DNA of 64,000 nt from Octopus vulgaris (GCA_951406725.2 OX597842.1:14756001-14820000), one strand, 5' to 3'. Positions 1 to 13,891 are shown, counted from the stretch's first letter. Numbers and translations: made by a program. Notes: a model not told the origin generated them from the sequence alone.

Positions 1-315
1 CGTGAATTCCCTGTCTGGAACTTTCCAAAATATGCACCTTGTCTCCATTGACAGAATTCCAAGATACTGACACGTCATGTGGGATATCCCTAAAACAGCT
101 GTAAGGCATTAATTACTTCTACTTCACCTTATTCTAATTAAAAATTCTAAATGAACTGAGATGCTCGTCCTGCCTCGGTTTTGTTGTCCATTTGACTTTA
201 ATATATAACAGCTAACTTGGAAGCTTACTACGGATCCGTAGCTCCAACCTCAGCAGTGAACTTGGAACATGACGGATGACCAATTATAGCACTTATACAG
301 CGTAGCTATTCGTTT
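1..315 (+). mobile_element. Penelope-like element terminal repeat remnant, degenerate hammerhead region
   Basis: Aligns by eye with 1905-2250 and, inverted, with 6480-6790. Contains gggatatccctaaaacagctgtaagg, the GAAAC-AGCTGTA palindromic stem III pattern typical of PLE hammerheads. Confidence 0.5.
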
Positions 316-334
316 ACGAACTATACACTATATG

Positions 335-355
335 CTCTCTCTCTCTCTCTCTCCA

Positions 356-386
<31 letters not shown>

Positions 387-408
387 GCACACACACACAC
401 ACATACAT

Positions 409-467
<59 letters not shown>

Positions 468-1122
468 TGCGTATACATGTAATTTAAGAAGTGCTGTCGA
501 ATTTCATATTTATCCCTAGTAACAACTACGTAAATAATCTTCCCCAATCTATTAACCCAAAATTGTAATGTTATGAGTGGGATTTTTTGTTATTCATTTT
601 ATTCTTCCTTTTAGATTCACGCCTTAACTCCCACCGCAACTCTTCTTGCTCAATAAAAGATTTACTTTAAAAGTTTGATATTTTTGAGACATAATTTTCT
701 TTTATGCAATTGCGACTGTCTTTTGTATTTTATCAATACATCGACCAACCCACATACACATACATACGTATGTATGAATATCTGTATGTATGTATGTATG
801 TATGTATGTATGTATGTATGTATGTATGTATGTATGTATATATGTATGTGTGTACGTGTGAGTGTTTGTATTTATATCTGTGTGTATGTTTAAGTGTTCG
901 TGTGTACTTGCCATGACCCAGTTTGTGTATACATAACATACACGCATCTAACCTTTATTGTATTAGAGAACAAACGAAATAGTTCAATCTTTTAAACTTT
1001 CTTTACATCTTGCTTACACACAATTAACCTCCTGCTTTACACAAACATATGTATACATGTATATATGTGGGTGTATGTATTTATGTTCCTATCTACGTAT
1101 CTATCTATCTATCTGTCTATCA

Positions 1123-1186
<64 letters not shown>

Positions 1187-1275
1187 GTCTATCTACCTAC
1201 CTACATATATATGTATGTATGTATAAATCTTTACATATATACATATGTATTTATGTATATACGTATATATATATG

Positions 1276-1348
<73 letters not shown>

Positions 1349-1641
1349 ATCTCTCTATCTATTTATCTATCTATCTATCTACTTACCTATGTATGTATGC
1401 ATGTATGTATGTATAAATATATACATATATAGATATGTATTTATGTATATACGTATATAAATATATGTATATATCTATGTCGATATCTGTGTATCTACCT
1501 ATCTAACTACCTATGTATGTATATATGTAGAAATATATACATATATACATATGTATTTATGTATATACGTATATATATATTTATATACATACGTATCTGT
1601 CTATCTGTCTATCTATCTATCTATCTATCTATCCATCTATC

Positions 1642-1681
<40 letters not shown>

Positions 1682-1705
1682 TACATACATGCATACATAC
1701 ATATA
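335..1705. repeat. Microsatellite cluster: (TA)n, (TATG)n, (TATC)n, (CT)n
   Basis: Directly visible. Source of the low-complexity ORFs at 314-1826. Confidence 0.95.
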
Positions 1706-1734
1706 TAAATGCACACACTCATATATTACCAAAA

Positions 1735-2250
1735 TACCATCTGGATTTACCTTGAATTATACTTTAGTGCCTATATCCTCACGGATGTACGAACCAACGT
1801 CCATACCGCAAGAAGATGAGTTGTGAACGTTACACTACTATCTGTATTCTTCTACCTACAGTTTTACTCTTTATTCTTATCTCTGGTATTTTATTTCTTA
1901 TAAACCGTGAATTCCCTGTGCAGAACATTCATATGTACTCACCTTGACTTTGATGTACGGTCACGCTAGCCAATCACTTGGGATATCCCAGAAACAGCGG
2001 AACGGCATCCAATAGTTAAATACTTAACTATTTAATTGCTTAATTACTTCACATTCACCTTGCTCTAATTAAATATTTTAAATGACCTGACATACTCGTC
2101 CAGTTTGGGTTTTTGTTGTCCTTTTTCCTCTAATATATACCTGCTGAATCGGAAGCCTAATACGGGTCTCTAGATCCAGCCTCAGCTATGAACGTGGTAC
2201 ATAACGGATGACCAATTATAGCAATTAATCAGCGTATATGTTCGCTTAGA
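1735..2250 (+). mobile_element. Penelope-like terminal repeat remnant (second copy)
   Basis: Homologous to 1-315 and to the reverse complement of 6480-6790. Contains ttgatg...gggatatcccagaaacagcgg. Confidence 0.5.
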
Positions 2251-2306
2251 TCATCAGTGAACTAAACACCCTTAGTGAATATTGTGTATAAATATTCTGT
2301 ATACAC

Positions 2307-2337
<31 letters not shown>

Positions 2338-2350
2338 AATGTCATTCAAA

Positions 2351-2618
2351 AATGAGTGAAGGTGTTACAATACCTATGCCGCTAGAAATAAGAGCTAAAT
2401 GGCTCTGTTGCTACTGTGAACGCACATCTGATTTTATACATACATGCCTGCGGCGACTGTAGATGAGAGTGGCTGACAACTACTGACATCTCTATACCGT
2501 ACGGTTTCATCTCTAGACCTTTATATATGTAGATCGGTATATATGTGCGTTGAAAGCAGCAACAGAGCCATTTAGCTCTTATTTCTAGCAGTTTAGGTGT
2601 TTTAACACCGTCAGTCAT
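2351..2618. repeat. Long inverted repeat / foldback (MITE-like)
   Basis: gctagaaataagagctaaatggctctgttgct (from 2381) is the exact reverse complement of ~2558-2589. The arms extend imperfectly to about 70 bp each. Confidence 0.85.
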
Positions 2619-2759
2619 ATTAAATAACGTTTATTGTTTTCCTTTTAGGTGAAACTCTGCTAACTAGCTGCCTCATTTAATTACACAACGCATACTCTCA
2701 CACACACACAAATACATTTGTACACCTGTATATATGCAACCATCAATCTATGTCCAATA

Positions 2760-3060
2760 TTCCTGGTAGGGTCGTGTGTGTAGAGTCCTGAGTTATCTCC
2801 TCCACACGTTCCAATGAGAAGGCACCACCATTACACTTTCCGGCTGGATTCCCTTGATTGGCAAACTAATATTCTCTAAACGACTCGTTGTTGGTCTACC
2901 CCTATAGATCCTGTCGGGTGGTTCGGGTTGAGGAATCCGTTTTGCACTTCATTTCTTAAACATCCTAATCCCATGACCATTGTACCGGAAGTATATACAC
3001 CCTGTGGGGAAAACTAACGATTCGACTTGGGAAATTTCCAGATATTCGAGCTACGTTCAG
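2760..3060 (-). mobile_element. RTE-like LINE 3' coding fragment, degenerate
   Basis: Minus-strand translation gives GHGIRM...RGRPTT, resembling the RTE C-terminal GH.xRM...RGRP pattern. Confidence 0.4.
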
Positions 3061-3071
3061 TATCACGCAAG

Positions 3072-3105
<34 letters not shown>

Positions 3106-3139
3106 TCTTATAGATGAACATAGTATAAATACTATATAC

Positions 3140-3195
<56 letters not shown>

Positions 3196-3418
3196 ATATA
3201 TATAAAATATTAGTTCAAATTTACATGACACAAAAGTCGAAGAGAGGTGAGGGAAGAACAATAAAATGTTTTAATTTGGGAAGAATGGAAAAACCTATGA
3301 CGTGTCGAGCCTACGCTCTTCGAGAGAAAAGGTTGAGAGAAGTAAATGGAGAGAGAACGAAACGAAAAGGACGGGGATAAAAATATGGGTTGGGATCAAT
3401 GGTTCGACGTAATGTAGG

Positions 3419-3484
<66 letters not shown>

Positions 3485-3595
3485 CCTGCTCGCTTAGCCA
3501 GCGGGGTGGTGGCGTCATTCGAAGGCTAAAACAATGCAAACGCATTGTGACCAGCGATGTGTAACAACATCTGATGGTATGGTCGGTCACCTGAT

Positions 3596-3633
<38 letters not shown>

Positions 3634-3678
3634 CGCGATGATATAATATATTATCCTTTGCATTCACGTCTCAACTCC

Positions 3679-3743
<65 letters not shown>

Positions 3744-4439
3744 TTATATATGTATATATACATACTGTCGCAATGATTATGATATATAATCCTTTTGCAT
3801 TCACGCCTCAACTCCTACTGCAACACTCGTTGTTGAATAGAATATTTGCTTGGGCAGTTCGACAATTTTGAGACGTAATTCATTGCACAATTATGAATAT
3901 CTTTTGTATTTTATGAATATGGTATCCCATATATAGACACATATAAACACACACACATTCGTAAATATGTGCGTGTGTGTTCTTACATACATATGCGTAG
4001 GCATTATATAATTGTATAAAATCATACACTATATAAACCTTTGTAAATTTTTATTGCATTTGAGAGAAAATGAAATAGCTGCAACTTAATGACTTTTCTG
4101 CTTAACATCCTGGTTACACCCAACAAATATCCGCTTTACACTTACTCGCACACAAACACAATACACATAGTCGTGTGGGTGTATGAATATCTTTGTGTGT
4201 ATATACGAATGTGACCACCTTGTCACTATGCAGTTGCGCCCTATTCCGTTATTTGTAGAGATTTTAAGGTCAAAGTTTGGTACCAACCCTTATGTGGTCA
4301 TCCAGCCATATTCTGCCGGACATCTTTTTCCGGTGTGTATGAATGTGTGTGTATATAAAAGTACACACATATATATTTATATTATTATATTTATGTGTAT
4401 ATGAATACATTTTAATTTGTATTTTTCCCATCTTTTCAT

Positions 4440-4668
4440 CTCAGAACTGTCGTAAACGAGCCTCACCATCACACAAGAGATGAGATTAATCTTTAACTGC
4501 CTGTTTAAAAATATGTCCATCTTTGACAATGCTGTATCTTTCTGGGAAAGAGGCGATGGCTAGCGAGAGGAAAGGGATTCGTGTGTAGAATATCTGAACA
4601 ATGAACACCGTTCGACCCAAGCATTATGAACTGATGGACGTTACAATCATGACGACGACGACGATGAC

Positions 4669-4699
<31 letters not shown>

Positions 4700-4700
4700 C
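4440..4700 (+). mobile_element. SINE/RTE-type 3' tail ending in (GAT)n
   Basis: aggaaagggattcg...gtagaa...cgacccaagcat...ggacgttac followed by a (GAC/GAT)n tail. Confidence 0.45.
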
Positions 4701-5539
4701 TGGTGATCAACATCATCATCATAGCATTTTGTTCTCTCATTTGTTTGAGTCAGTGACCTTGAAGCTTATTGCTGCAGCAATGTGAATTGTTTTACTCTAT
4801 GAAACTGAATACCGTATTTGTTTGAAGCAGTCTAACCAACTTAAAATCATAATTTTATGCTAAATTTCAGTACAAGTGTGGGATTCTGCCAACTGTAAAG
4901 AATGACATAACCTTCTAAATAGAAGTAATGATGGAACTTCTTTTAATTTCTGGAAAACACCATTGTTGATTCCTATCATTACTCTAGCCTAGTTGGTTCC
5001 TATAGCTAGTGAAAGTTTTATATCTAATTTCGTTTTCACTAATTAAATTTTTAAAACATCTACAATGCCATCTACATCACGTATTTCTAAACATATCATA
5101 CTGAAATATGTATGTACCACCGGTGGAGGCGGAGGAGCTGGAAAAGTTCATAACTTGATAAAGATCCTTATGAAAATCTTTCATTTGAAGCTTCAAGAAA
5201 GTGAAAACAAAAATTCAATAATAGCCGTTTTTACTAAAATTTGGATATAAGATAAATTAACGAAAGTAGAAAACGAAGAAAAAGATGAAGAAAGGATAAC
5301 TATTGAGATAATATCATGATCAGAGAAAAATTCTAAATAAAATTTTAAATCTACTATTTTTCCTGCTAAATGCTGAATTCAAAAAGTTTCTGCTAAGTGG
5401 TGAAAAAATAATGCTAGATCTATCATAAATATGCTAAATTGGCAACCCTGGTGTGAAGCCTTCTAATTATTCTTTCTCTCCCTTTATATGCTAAGTTACT
5501 CGCATATACATATACATATATATATATTTTAACATGTGA

Positions 5540-5733
5540 CTTCGTGAGCACCGCCAGCAATTTTTTTCCTCTGTCTTTCCTTCTCGGCATCTGTCCTTAT
5601 CTTTGTTTCCGACGAAGAGCTCAGCTCGAATCGTTAACCTTCCTTCCCTTCTTTCCTGAGCGTCCAATTATACTTTTTTGTTCCACGTCCTCGCGTTGCT
5701 GTGTTTTTTTGTGTTTTCTTGTTTGGATTAACT
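5540..5733 (+). mobile_element. Short Penelope-type repeat with minimal hammerhead-like motif, flanked by TA-rich sequence
   Basis: gtttccgacgaagagctcagctcgaatcgttaac at 5605-5638. Near-identical element at 47575-47780. Confidence 0.55.
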
Positions 5734-5904
5734 ATATATATATATATATATATAATTATATATATATAATAAGAGTAAATAATTTCTATAATGGTTTTTA
5801 AAAAGCCAACAATTATTTACTGGTAGAATTCGGTCTGTAAATATAGCCGATTAACAGTAGGAACTTCTGTAAAGTTCAGTATAAATATTGTATATAAATA
5901 AGAG

Positions 5905-6110
5905 GCTTGGCCGCATACCGAACAAATTAGAAATAGCAGTCAAGACTGTTTATTTCTATTATCTACATGTGGGGCTCCAAACACGACATACCCTGTAATT
6001 CACATATGCAAAACAGAAGGAATAAATAACGTGTGTGGAGCGCCACTTGTAGATAATAGAAATAAACAGTCTTCCCTGCAATTTCTAATTTTTTTGGTAT
6101 GTGGTCAAGG
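5905..6110. repeat. Long inverted repeat / foldback (MITE-like)
   Basis: aagactgtttatttctattatctaca (from 5942) pairs with tgtagataatagaaataaacagtctt (~6048-6073). Arms are about 80 bp. Confidence 0.85.
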
Positions 6111-6129
6111 AACCTGTTGCCTGCAACTT

Positions 6130-6236
<107 letters not shown>

Positions 6237-6368
6237 TTGATATATACATATCTCTCTGTCTGTCTGTCTGCCTCTCTCTCTCTCTATATATATATTTTTT
6301 GGGCTGCTATTTCTAGTAAGTTCAGTATGTGGCAAAGTAATTTATTTTACTAAGCCCTAATTATATAA

Positions 6369-6454
<86 letters not shown>

Positions 6455-6479
6455 GAGTGTGTGCGTATTTGCATATTAA

Positions 6480-6880
6480 TTAAAGGGAAACGGATAATAT
6501 AAATCGAAGGCAGGAAGAATATCACAAGTCATTTACAATATTTAATTTGAAGTCCTCCAATCGTTTCTAGGATATCCCAAGTGATAGGCTAGCATGTGCG
6601 TACACTGAGTATTCCAACATCAGAGACTATACGACTAATTGTGAAACTTCTAGACAAGGAATTTCACAAGTTAAAAGGCATGAAATGGGAAATAGAAGAA
6701 TATCACTAGACAGAAGAATACAGAGAGGAGTATAATGTTCACAGGACATCCTTTTCCAGAGGGTAGGGACGTAAGTTCGCACTTCGATGAAGTACTTGAG
6801 ATACCCTCGCTGCCTTGATTTGTGTTGTCCTTTTTCTTTTAATTAATATAGACCAGCTAACCCAGACGCCTAACACGGAT
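6480..6880 (-). mobile_element. Penelope-like terminal repeat, inverted bipartite copy with the best-preserved hammerhead remnant
   Basis: 6480-6790 is the reverse complement of the 1735-2050 type sequence, while 6790-6880 matches 155-235 on the + strand. Minus strand reads agtctCTGATGt-tggaatac...gatatcc-taGAAAC...ggact. Confidence 0.55.
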
Positions 6881-7041
6881 AAGCGTGTATGTGTGTTTGT
6901 GTTTGTGTGTTTGCGTGTTTTAGAGTGTTTAACAACCGGCGTAGGTGCGTTTATGGCCCATTAATATTACCATTCATTCAATTAAATATTATTCAAGGGG
7001 GTGCGCCATCTTGGCCGATTCTACTGACGGAAACAAATGAT

Positions 7042-7098
<57 letters not shown>

Positions 7099-7139
7099 TA
7101 CATACATTCAAAAGCAGACAGAGATGTATGCATAGATAG

Positions 7140-7179
<40 letters not shown>

Positions 7180-7689
7180 GTGTGTCTGGGTGTCTGGGTG
7201 TCTGTGTGTGTATGTGTATATAAAGAGCTGTATGTAGACATTATATATATATATATATATTATATATATATATTGTTTAGTAATACATGTATATATCTAT
7301 GTACACACACAAATATACTCACGCACACATACACACATATGTATGTATAATATTGCTTACTACTACATTGCAGTATTGCGTCACCCATTTTGCATTAAAA
7401 TTTCAATACATTGTTGTTAACAAAACACACCAATCATTGTTAAAATATGTTCTAAATGTTAAGTCAAATGGAAAAAAACAACACCCCTTCCTTTCTCAAA
7501 GTATTATATACTACTCTCTCTCTTTCGCTTTCTCTAGCTTTCTCTCTAAAAGATAAGCATTATTTTGCTTTTGTTATGTGGTGCCTCAACAAATCACACA
7601 CACACACACACAAAGATTCATAATACATACAAACATATATAGTGAGTACCCATAAGATAGTAGAAGCTATAGCCGCTAATAAGAAGGAG

Positions 7690-8130
7690 TATTTTTGAAA
7701 TATCCCAGTGAAACCCTCAATAAAATGTGACCATAATCGACGTGACAGAGAAGATTTGACTCAGGGAAGACAATCTGTGTACAGCTGTGGAAATGAGCTG
7801 ACCAGCGGATGTTAACATAAATCTAAAGATCATAAAAAGAATTCTTGAACTCTTGAGAAATCTACAGTTACACGTCATATATTATAAGTTAACGTATAGA
7901 CTTGAACTTGTAATCTGTAATTAGTGGGGCACTGGGATATGCAACACACTGTCTACTCCCGAGAAATTAGGCTTCCCAAAACTAGAAGGGAAAAAGCTGA
8001 TTCGTAATCTACAGATCCAGGTCACCACTGGATCTCTTAAAATCTAAATGTTTCCAGAAATTTATCATTCAAATATATGCATGAGAATACATACACAAAA
8101 CCAAATATACAAATCTGCACGCGTACTAGT
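7690..8130 (+). mobile_element. R4/Dong-like RLE element, 3' fragment (restriction-like endonuclease), degenerate
   Basis: Broken translation KCDHNR...ADVNINLKII...ELLRNLQ...ISGALGY...EKLGFPK...LIRNLQIQ..TG matches RLE C-termini. Confidence 0.65.
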
Positions 8131-8659
8131 ATCGAGTATGACCATTGCACGAAGCTTAATCAATGTTGTTATCGTGCAATGCCTGTGCAAGAAGATTTTT
8201 CTGCAAGTGAGGAAATACTGTGCACTGAGTGAATCCCACTCACTAAGCAACAGCAGCCATAATCCGAAAAGAAGAACAAGTCAACATCATCGGTAACCAC
8301 TGAGCCGCAGGTTTATGTCTGAGTTATCCCAGTTAGCTGAATTACCTTCTCCTAGAAGGATGCCCTAACAAAGGCTAGGAGTCCTTCACTCCCAACGGTT
8401 TAACTGCGAGATCGGGTATTCAGTTCGATTACTTCTATGTCATTAAGACATTTATTGAATGGCCGTTGACTCTCAAGAGTGCATGCGCCCTTTGACGGGT
8501 TTTGTTTTTCATCTCGCAGTGTGTCCAATAATCACCGCGCCTCACCAAGCAAGATTGGTGGGGTTGCCGGTTTAGTCGCCGACGACCCGACCATGCAACA
8601 GTTTGTACTGGGTTACATGTTACCAGCAGCACTCGAAAGTGACCTGACATAACATACAT

Positions 8660-9830
8660 ACATACAGACAGACAGAACTTCAAAACTGAACACATATCCA
8701 ACAACCCCTTTCATAAAATTAAGCAAAACAAAACCACTTGCCAACAGAACGGAACAACCACCAAGAAATCTAAATATATTCTCTATCAGAGAAAGACATT
8801 TTAAACGCACCCCACACTAGCTAAATCAACCCCAAAACACCTACAGGGACCTACCACACCATTTCAAGAACCATAGTAATGCAACACACAATTGTATGAA
8901 CTACAATCTACATAACCCAACTAAGACTCAACTACCGAACCTCTACTCTAGGAACCAACTATACAACCTTAACAAACAACAAACACACTACAGAAGAGAC
9001 AACTACCAACACTATATACCTGATACACTAAGACGGAACACGCGGTTCAAAAATACGCTACAAAACAGAGCACCACAAACCCACTCTAAAAATTACAACA
9101 ACAGGAGACAGATAAACAGTGTTTTTCAACATAACCACACCAACCATTTTTTAGACTTACATACAGGAACAGGGATACACGATGGCAACGGACAAACAAA
9201 AGAAACCACAGGTAATTAAAATAATCAATCTCTCAAATAAAGACCTTACACCTAACGAAATAAGCATACTATCCAAAGGACTTAAAGTTACCCCAACCCC
9301 ACAACGTCCAAATTACTATGAAACGAAAGACGATATTTCGGAATTTTGTAGGAAATTAAGACTTGCCGAGGAATATCATGGCAAACAAATGGATGACGAA
9401 TCAATAGCTAGAAACAACAGCGACTACACCCCTACCAAGGGAAAGAATAAAGCTCTAGACCGCTTTTGTGACTACATAACCAATTTCACTTTTCAACTCA
9501 CCAATAAGCAAAAATACAGACCAAACTTCAACAAAAGAGAATGGAACGACCTCATCAAACTAAGAGAAGGTAAAACCATAACAATCAAGGTGGTCGATGG
9601 GGACAACGCGGTAGTATTAATGAACAGAAATGATTATAAAATTTAGTACTATCCCTATTAGGATATGAGACATACTAGCAAGGGGTCCAACATTATAATC
9701 AACCAAAAATAATGAATAACCTCAGGACATTAATCAACTCATACCGAGAAGGTCTCACAGACATGGAGTACGATTACATCACCAACTTCAAGTGCAAATC
9801 AAGTTTATTATCCGGTATCCCTAAACTTCA
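8660..9830 (+). mobile_element. Penelope-like element (PLE) RT N-terminal fragment
   Basis: ORF 9182-9646 has IINLSNKDLTPNEISILSKGLKVTPTP, FCRKLRL and IKVVDGDNAVVLMNRNDY (cf. IKPADKG.AVV.M..DY). ORF 9712 has SGIPKLH (cf. YGLPKIH). Confidence 0.85.
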
Positions 9831-11390
9831 TCTCTTACACTACATCTTAGAAAGGGTGGATAAATTATCCGGTAAAGGTGGGGCATTGGTCCATTTAGAC
9901 CAAAGTAAAACTTTCGATAAGGTAGACCACTAGTACCTGGCGTCAGTCCTTGAGGCGGCTAGGCTAGGCTCGGACTTCCGCGGTTGGATCAAGGCCATTT
10001 ATGGTGGCATCAAATCCACAGTTACCTGTCGGAACGATTTGAGATTCAGCGCTCGGTTCAGCAAGGGTTCCTCCCTGGCTCCGCTTCTGTATCTATTGAC
10101 TCTTGAGCCATTGATGCGAGGGTTGGAGAATTTGGGGGACATCCCCAATGAAATAGGATGTGGTAAGTCTGATTCTGCATATGCGGATGACGTCACCATC
10201 ACCGTGTCCAATGTAGCTCAGCTACCTTGTGATCAGGATGCAATCAAAGGATACAAGGCGGTGGCAGGAGCAAAAGATAACAAGGACAAGTACATCGGTT
10301 TGCGAGACGGCACGTGGAGTGGCAAGCCGATACCGTCCAGTGTCGTGGGGCACTGAACAGATGGTCCTGTTAAGTTGCTTGGAGTTTGGTTTGGTCCAGA
10401 CTCCCAAACGGAGAAGAATTGGAGTGAGGTGGCAGGCAGGGTGGAGGCCCTAGTCCGGACCTGGTCTGGAAGTGCGCTGTCTCTGAAAGAGAGGGCTGAG
10501 GTGTTACATTTGTTTATTGCATCTGTTATCACCTACCGTCTGACCGTTGTCCCTTGTCTCGATTCGTGGCTATGCAAGTTGGTGCGACTTCTCTTCCGCT
10601 TCTTGTGGAAGGGAAAAACCGCTTTTGAGACGATCCGTAGAACCACTAAAGTGTAGGTCAGGGCTGCCGTGGCTATTGATATGCAGACATACACTGAGGC
10701 TAAGGCCGCTCTGGCTCTACCTGGATGGTGGCCAGGTGTGGAATTCGCTTGCAGGGGAATTCTTTCCACGACCGGCCGCCTTGGAGGAATCTACACCCGT
10801 TTTGATAAAAAGACAGAATACAACTGAATGGTAAAAGGAGTGCCGATAGGCACTCGCGCTAATCCACAGTGCGGGCAAGGCCGGCAGCGGAAATACCACC
10901 TCTGTATTTTATAAAGGGATGGTAGAGTATAAGAGCTATGGCGTCCTAGAAGGGGCTCTGGGATTCAATGAGAACCAGCTAGCCAAACTGTTTCAAAACA
11001 CCTTCAGATCGGGGTATTTGGATAATTACCAAAGATCCCTGACCTGGTAGTGTCACAGAGATGAGTTACCTGTCCGCGATAAATTGTCCAGGCACGGAAT
11101 ATCAGTGCCACTGGCTTACCCAAGGTGCGGGTAAGACAGGGAAACTGTCATGTACGCTCTTGTACAGTGTCTGCAGCTTTTGGGCTTGATAATTTACATA
11201 GAATACGTGTTGTCATACCTGGAAAGAATACAGCTATCAGCTGAGTCTGTGATAAAGATTGTACCGCCAACCGGACTATAAAAGGAAAGTGAGGCATGTT
11301 TTCTGCGTACGATTGCAGTAATGAAAGAGTATGCATGGAAAACAAGAATGCCAGGAATAGAGACAGGGTCCTTCATATCCTGAAGAGCAA
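9831..11390 (+). mobile_element. Tx1/L1-like LINE ORF2 RT and C-terminal part, pseudogenised
   Basis: LDQSKTFDKVDH, GSSLAPLLYLLTLEPL, AYADDVT, LLGVWFG, LFRFLWKGK, and zinc-finger remnant YPRCG*DRETVMYALVQC. Multiple stops and frameshifts. Confidence 0.9.
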
Positions 11391-11559
11391 GACAGGGCAG
11401 GAGAAGAGACAAATGTCGTGAAAGCATATATGAGAAAATTGTATTTAAATTGTATATGGGATTCATTCAGGTTTTAATGATAAACTCACTTAGCTCATCT
11501 ATATATTTGTAACGTCATGTGAAAGATATTATCATAATAAAGAAATTACTCCAGACTGG

Positions 11560-13540
11560 AGTCCTTCTGCTTTCGGCTGCTCTGGCTTAGTGAGTTTATT
11601 TAGTTAATGTATTTTTGTTGTTGATTATATGTTGAAATTGTTACGCTTGTGCGCTTCTTGGAATCGAACTGTTGTCGTCGTTTTAACGAAACTTTTCGCC
11701 CCACGGGGCAGAAAATTAATTGCTGCATAACTTGTTGGACTGCTTTTGTGTTTCTTTTACCCGTTGCTGGGTAAAAAATTAATTTTTGGCATTTTGACAA
11801 AAATACTTATTATTTTTCTGTTATTCGGAGGCCATTTGTAAAAATGGATTTGAATTTGTTGTCGAATATCCATTTTCAGTCCTGAGAGAAGGATTTCCCG
11901 GCCATGAAAGAAAGTAAACAAGTTTGTAACCAGGAAGGAAAGGAAAAGCCAAGTTTTTCTGCTGCTATTGGTGGCAATTTCAGTAAATTGGAGCTATATA
12001 AGGAACATTTATTTAAGTTTTGCTACCTTATAAAGAAAAGTAGCAACGAAACCAAACTTCTGCAACCACAGGACATGATGAAAGATTTTACTGCCAGAAC
12101 GGTAGTATACAAAATATACAACCGTAAAGGAAAAAAAAGAATATTGTCAGTGAAGAACGAAGCTGTAGAGAAGTGCCCCCCCCCCCGGGGAAAAATTATT
12201 CCTATGTCGGTCCAGGACGAAGAAGCTCCACTATTGAGGCACAATTTGAAAACGCTGAATTAGCAGAAGAAATATCGACTCAAACGCTAAAGAATGAGGA
12301 GATAATGTTGCTCCCGACCTACCTTGCATTGCAGCGGCCGTAATTTACGACGCAGAAGAAATATCAATACCGAAAATGAAAAAGGGAGAGGCTCTAAACT
12401 GGAAAGGCCAAACACTCGAGATGGTGGTTCAAGCCTCAAACAAAATAATCGAATCAAGGCCAGACGATACATGGTATGCCACCGAATATACGGTTGGCAA
12501 GGATAGTAGCAGAAATATTTAAGCAATCTAAAGAGAGATACCCGTAGGACATACAAGATGTTAACCAAGAGTTTGGCAACAAAGGATTTGTTCTTAGCCC
12601 AGCGGCTACATCTCGGAAAGAAAAGGAAGGGGAGGCTGGAGAATTTGTGCAGCCTCTCTGCATACTTAACATGTGTGGGCTTCTTTAATTTTTACCATGG
12701 AAATTAAGTTAGGTAGTATAAATATTCGTGGCCTGGGATCGAAATGGAAGCAAACTTGTCTCCTGAACGACTCCAGTTCACTAGAAACTGATATATGTGT
12801 TGCAACTGAGTGGAAGTTGAACGGGCCACAGACGTTCCCGTCTCTTCTAAATGGCTATGAGAAATTTATTTCTCCTAGTCGACGGGGAGACGGGGGCCTG
12901 GTGGTGTTGTTCAGAAAAAGCTTGGACATACAAATAAGTAGAGTCTTTCTGGACCGAGAAGTTAGGTTGGTCGTCCTAGATGTGACAAGCAAGTAAGCAG
13001 TCCTTCAAGTCGGTAGCGGTCTACGCTCCGAAAGAGGGAAGACAAGCTGTATTTTTCGAGACCTGGAGGGCTTTCTGGTGACGTCTAAAACTCTAGATAT
13101 AGTAGGAGACGTTAACGCTATTCTCGAAGCAGGGGTGGATAGTGTTGGCTCGACCGATAGAAGGGGATGTTCTGGTCTAAAAAAAGTTACTAGCAAATTA
13201 TAACCTAGTAGACCGATATAGACTGGGTGAAGTGCTCGTTCCACAGTGGACGTGCACAAATCTTTAGAGATTTCGACCGGTGGTTTGGGACGAGCGGGGC
13301 GCTGGACCGTGGGGAGTCCCTAAAGGACTTCTTCGCCGGCGGGCCGCGACACTCGGCGCGGGAGGCCGGATGTTGTGACGGGTCGATTACAGCTGCGGAG
13401 GGCGGGGATGTGCTAGATGAATGCACCAGGAACAAGTCGCCGGGGCTAGATGGTCTGCCCTATGAATTTTATCGTAGTATGCCGGACTTGCTCGGACACT
13501 TGCTGGTCTGCGTCTACGCAAACTGGCAGCAGAATGGAGA
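11560..13540 (+). mobile_element. Tx1/L1-like LINE 5' part: ORF1 remnant, APE endonuclease and start of RT
   Basis: MEIKLGSINIRGL...DICVATEWKL (APE N-terminus), VAVYAP, IVGDVNA and NKSPGLDGLPYEFY. Confidence 0.85.
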
Positions 13541-13841
13541 ATTTATGTGTATATATGGCTTTGCGTGTCGCTTTCCTATATGAATTAATAAATATCTCAT
13601 TTATATCTATAGTATATTTCTGCTGAAGATGGGAGAGCATTTGGGCAGATCTAGATTTTAACTAATACAGAACTATCTTATCGAAAATTTCCGTTGGCTT
13701 GTTGCATCGAATTCAAAATGTGTTTCTGACTTCTTTCAGTGATGAGGCTATTTAGCGTCTTTTTCTCAGCATATAGCTAGGAAATTTATTTATAAGCCCT
13801 TGTTATAATTATACAGACACACACATATATTATATCTATCC

Positions 13842-13891
<50 letters not shown>

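Noticed and set aside
675-745. LRHNFLLCNCDCLLYF resembling an LRRCT cap
   Set aside because: The homologous copy near 3865-3915 lacks the cysteines, and no clear exon borders were seen.
314-1826. Many YI/MYVC/IYLS ORFs, and similar ones elsewhere
   Set aside because: Di- and tetranucleotide repeat artefacts.
4495-4550. CLKICPSLTMLYLSGK resembling an LRR
   Set aside because: It lies within a SINE/RTE-type tail ending in (GAT)n, so the match is probably chance.
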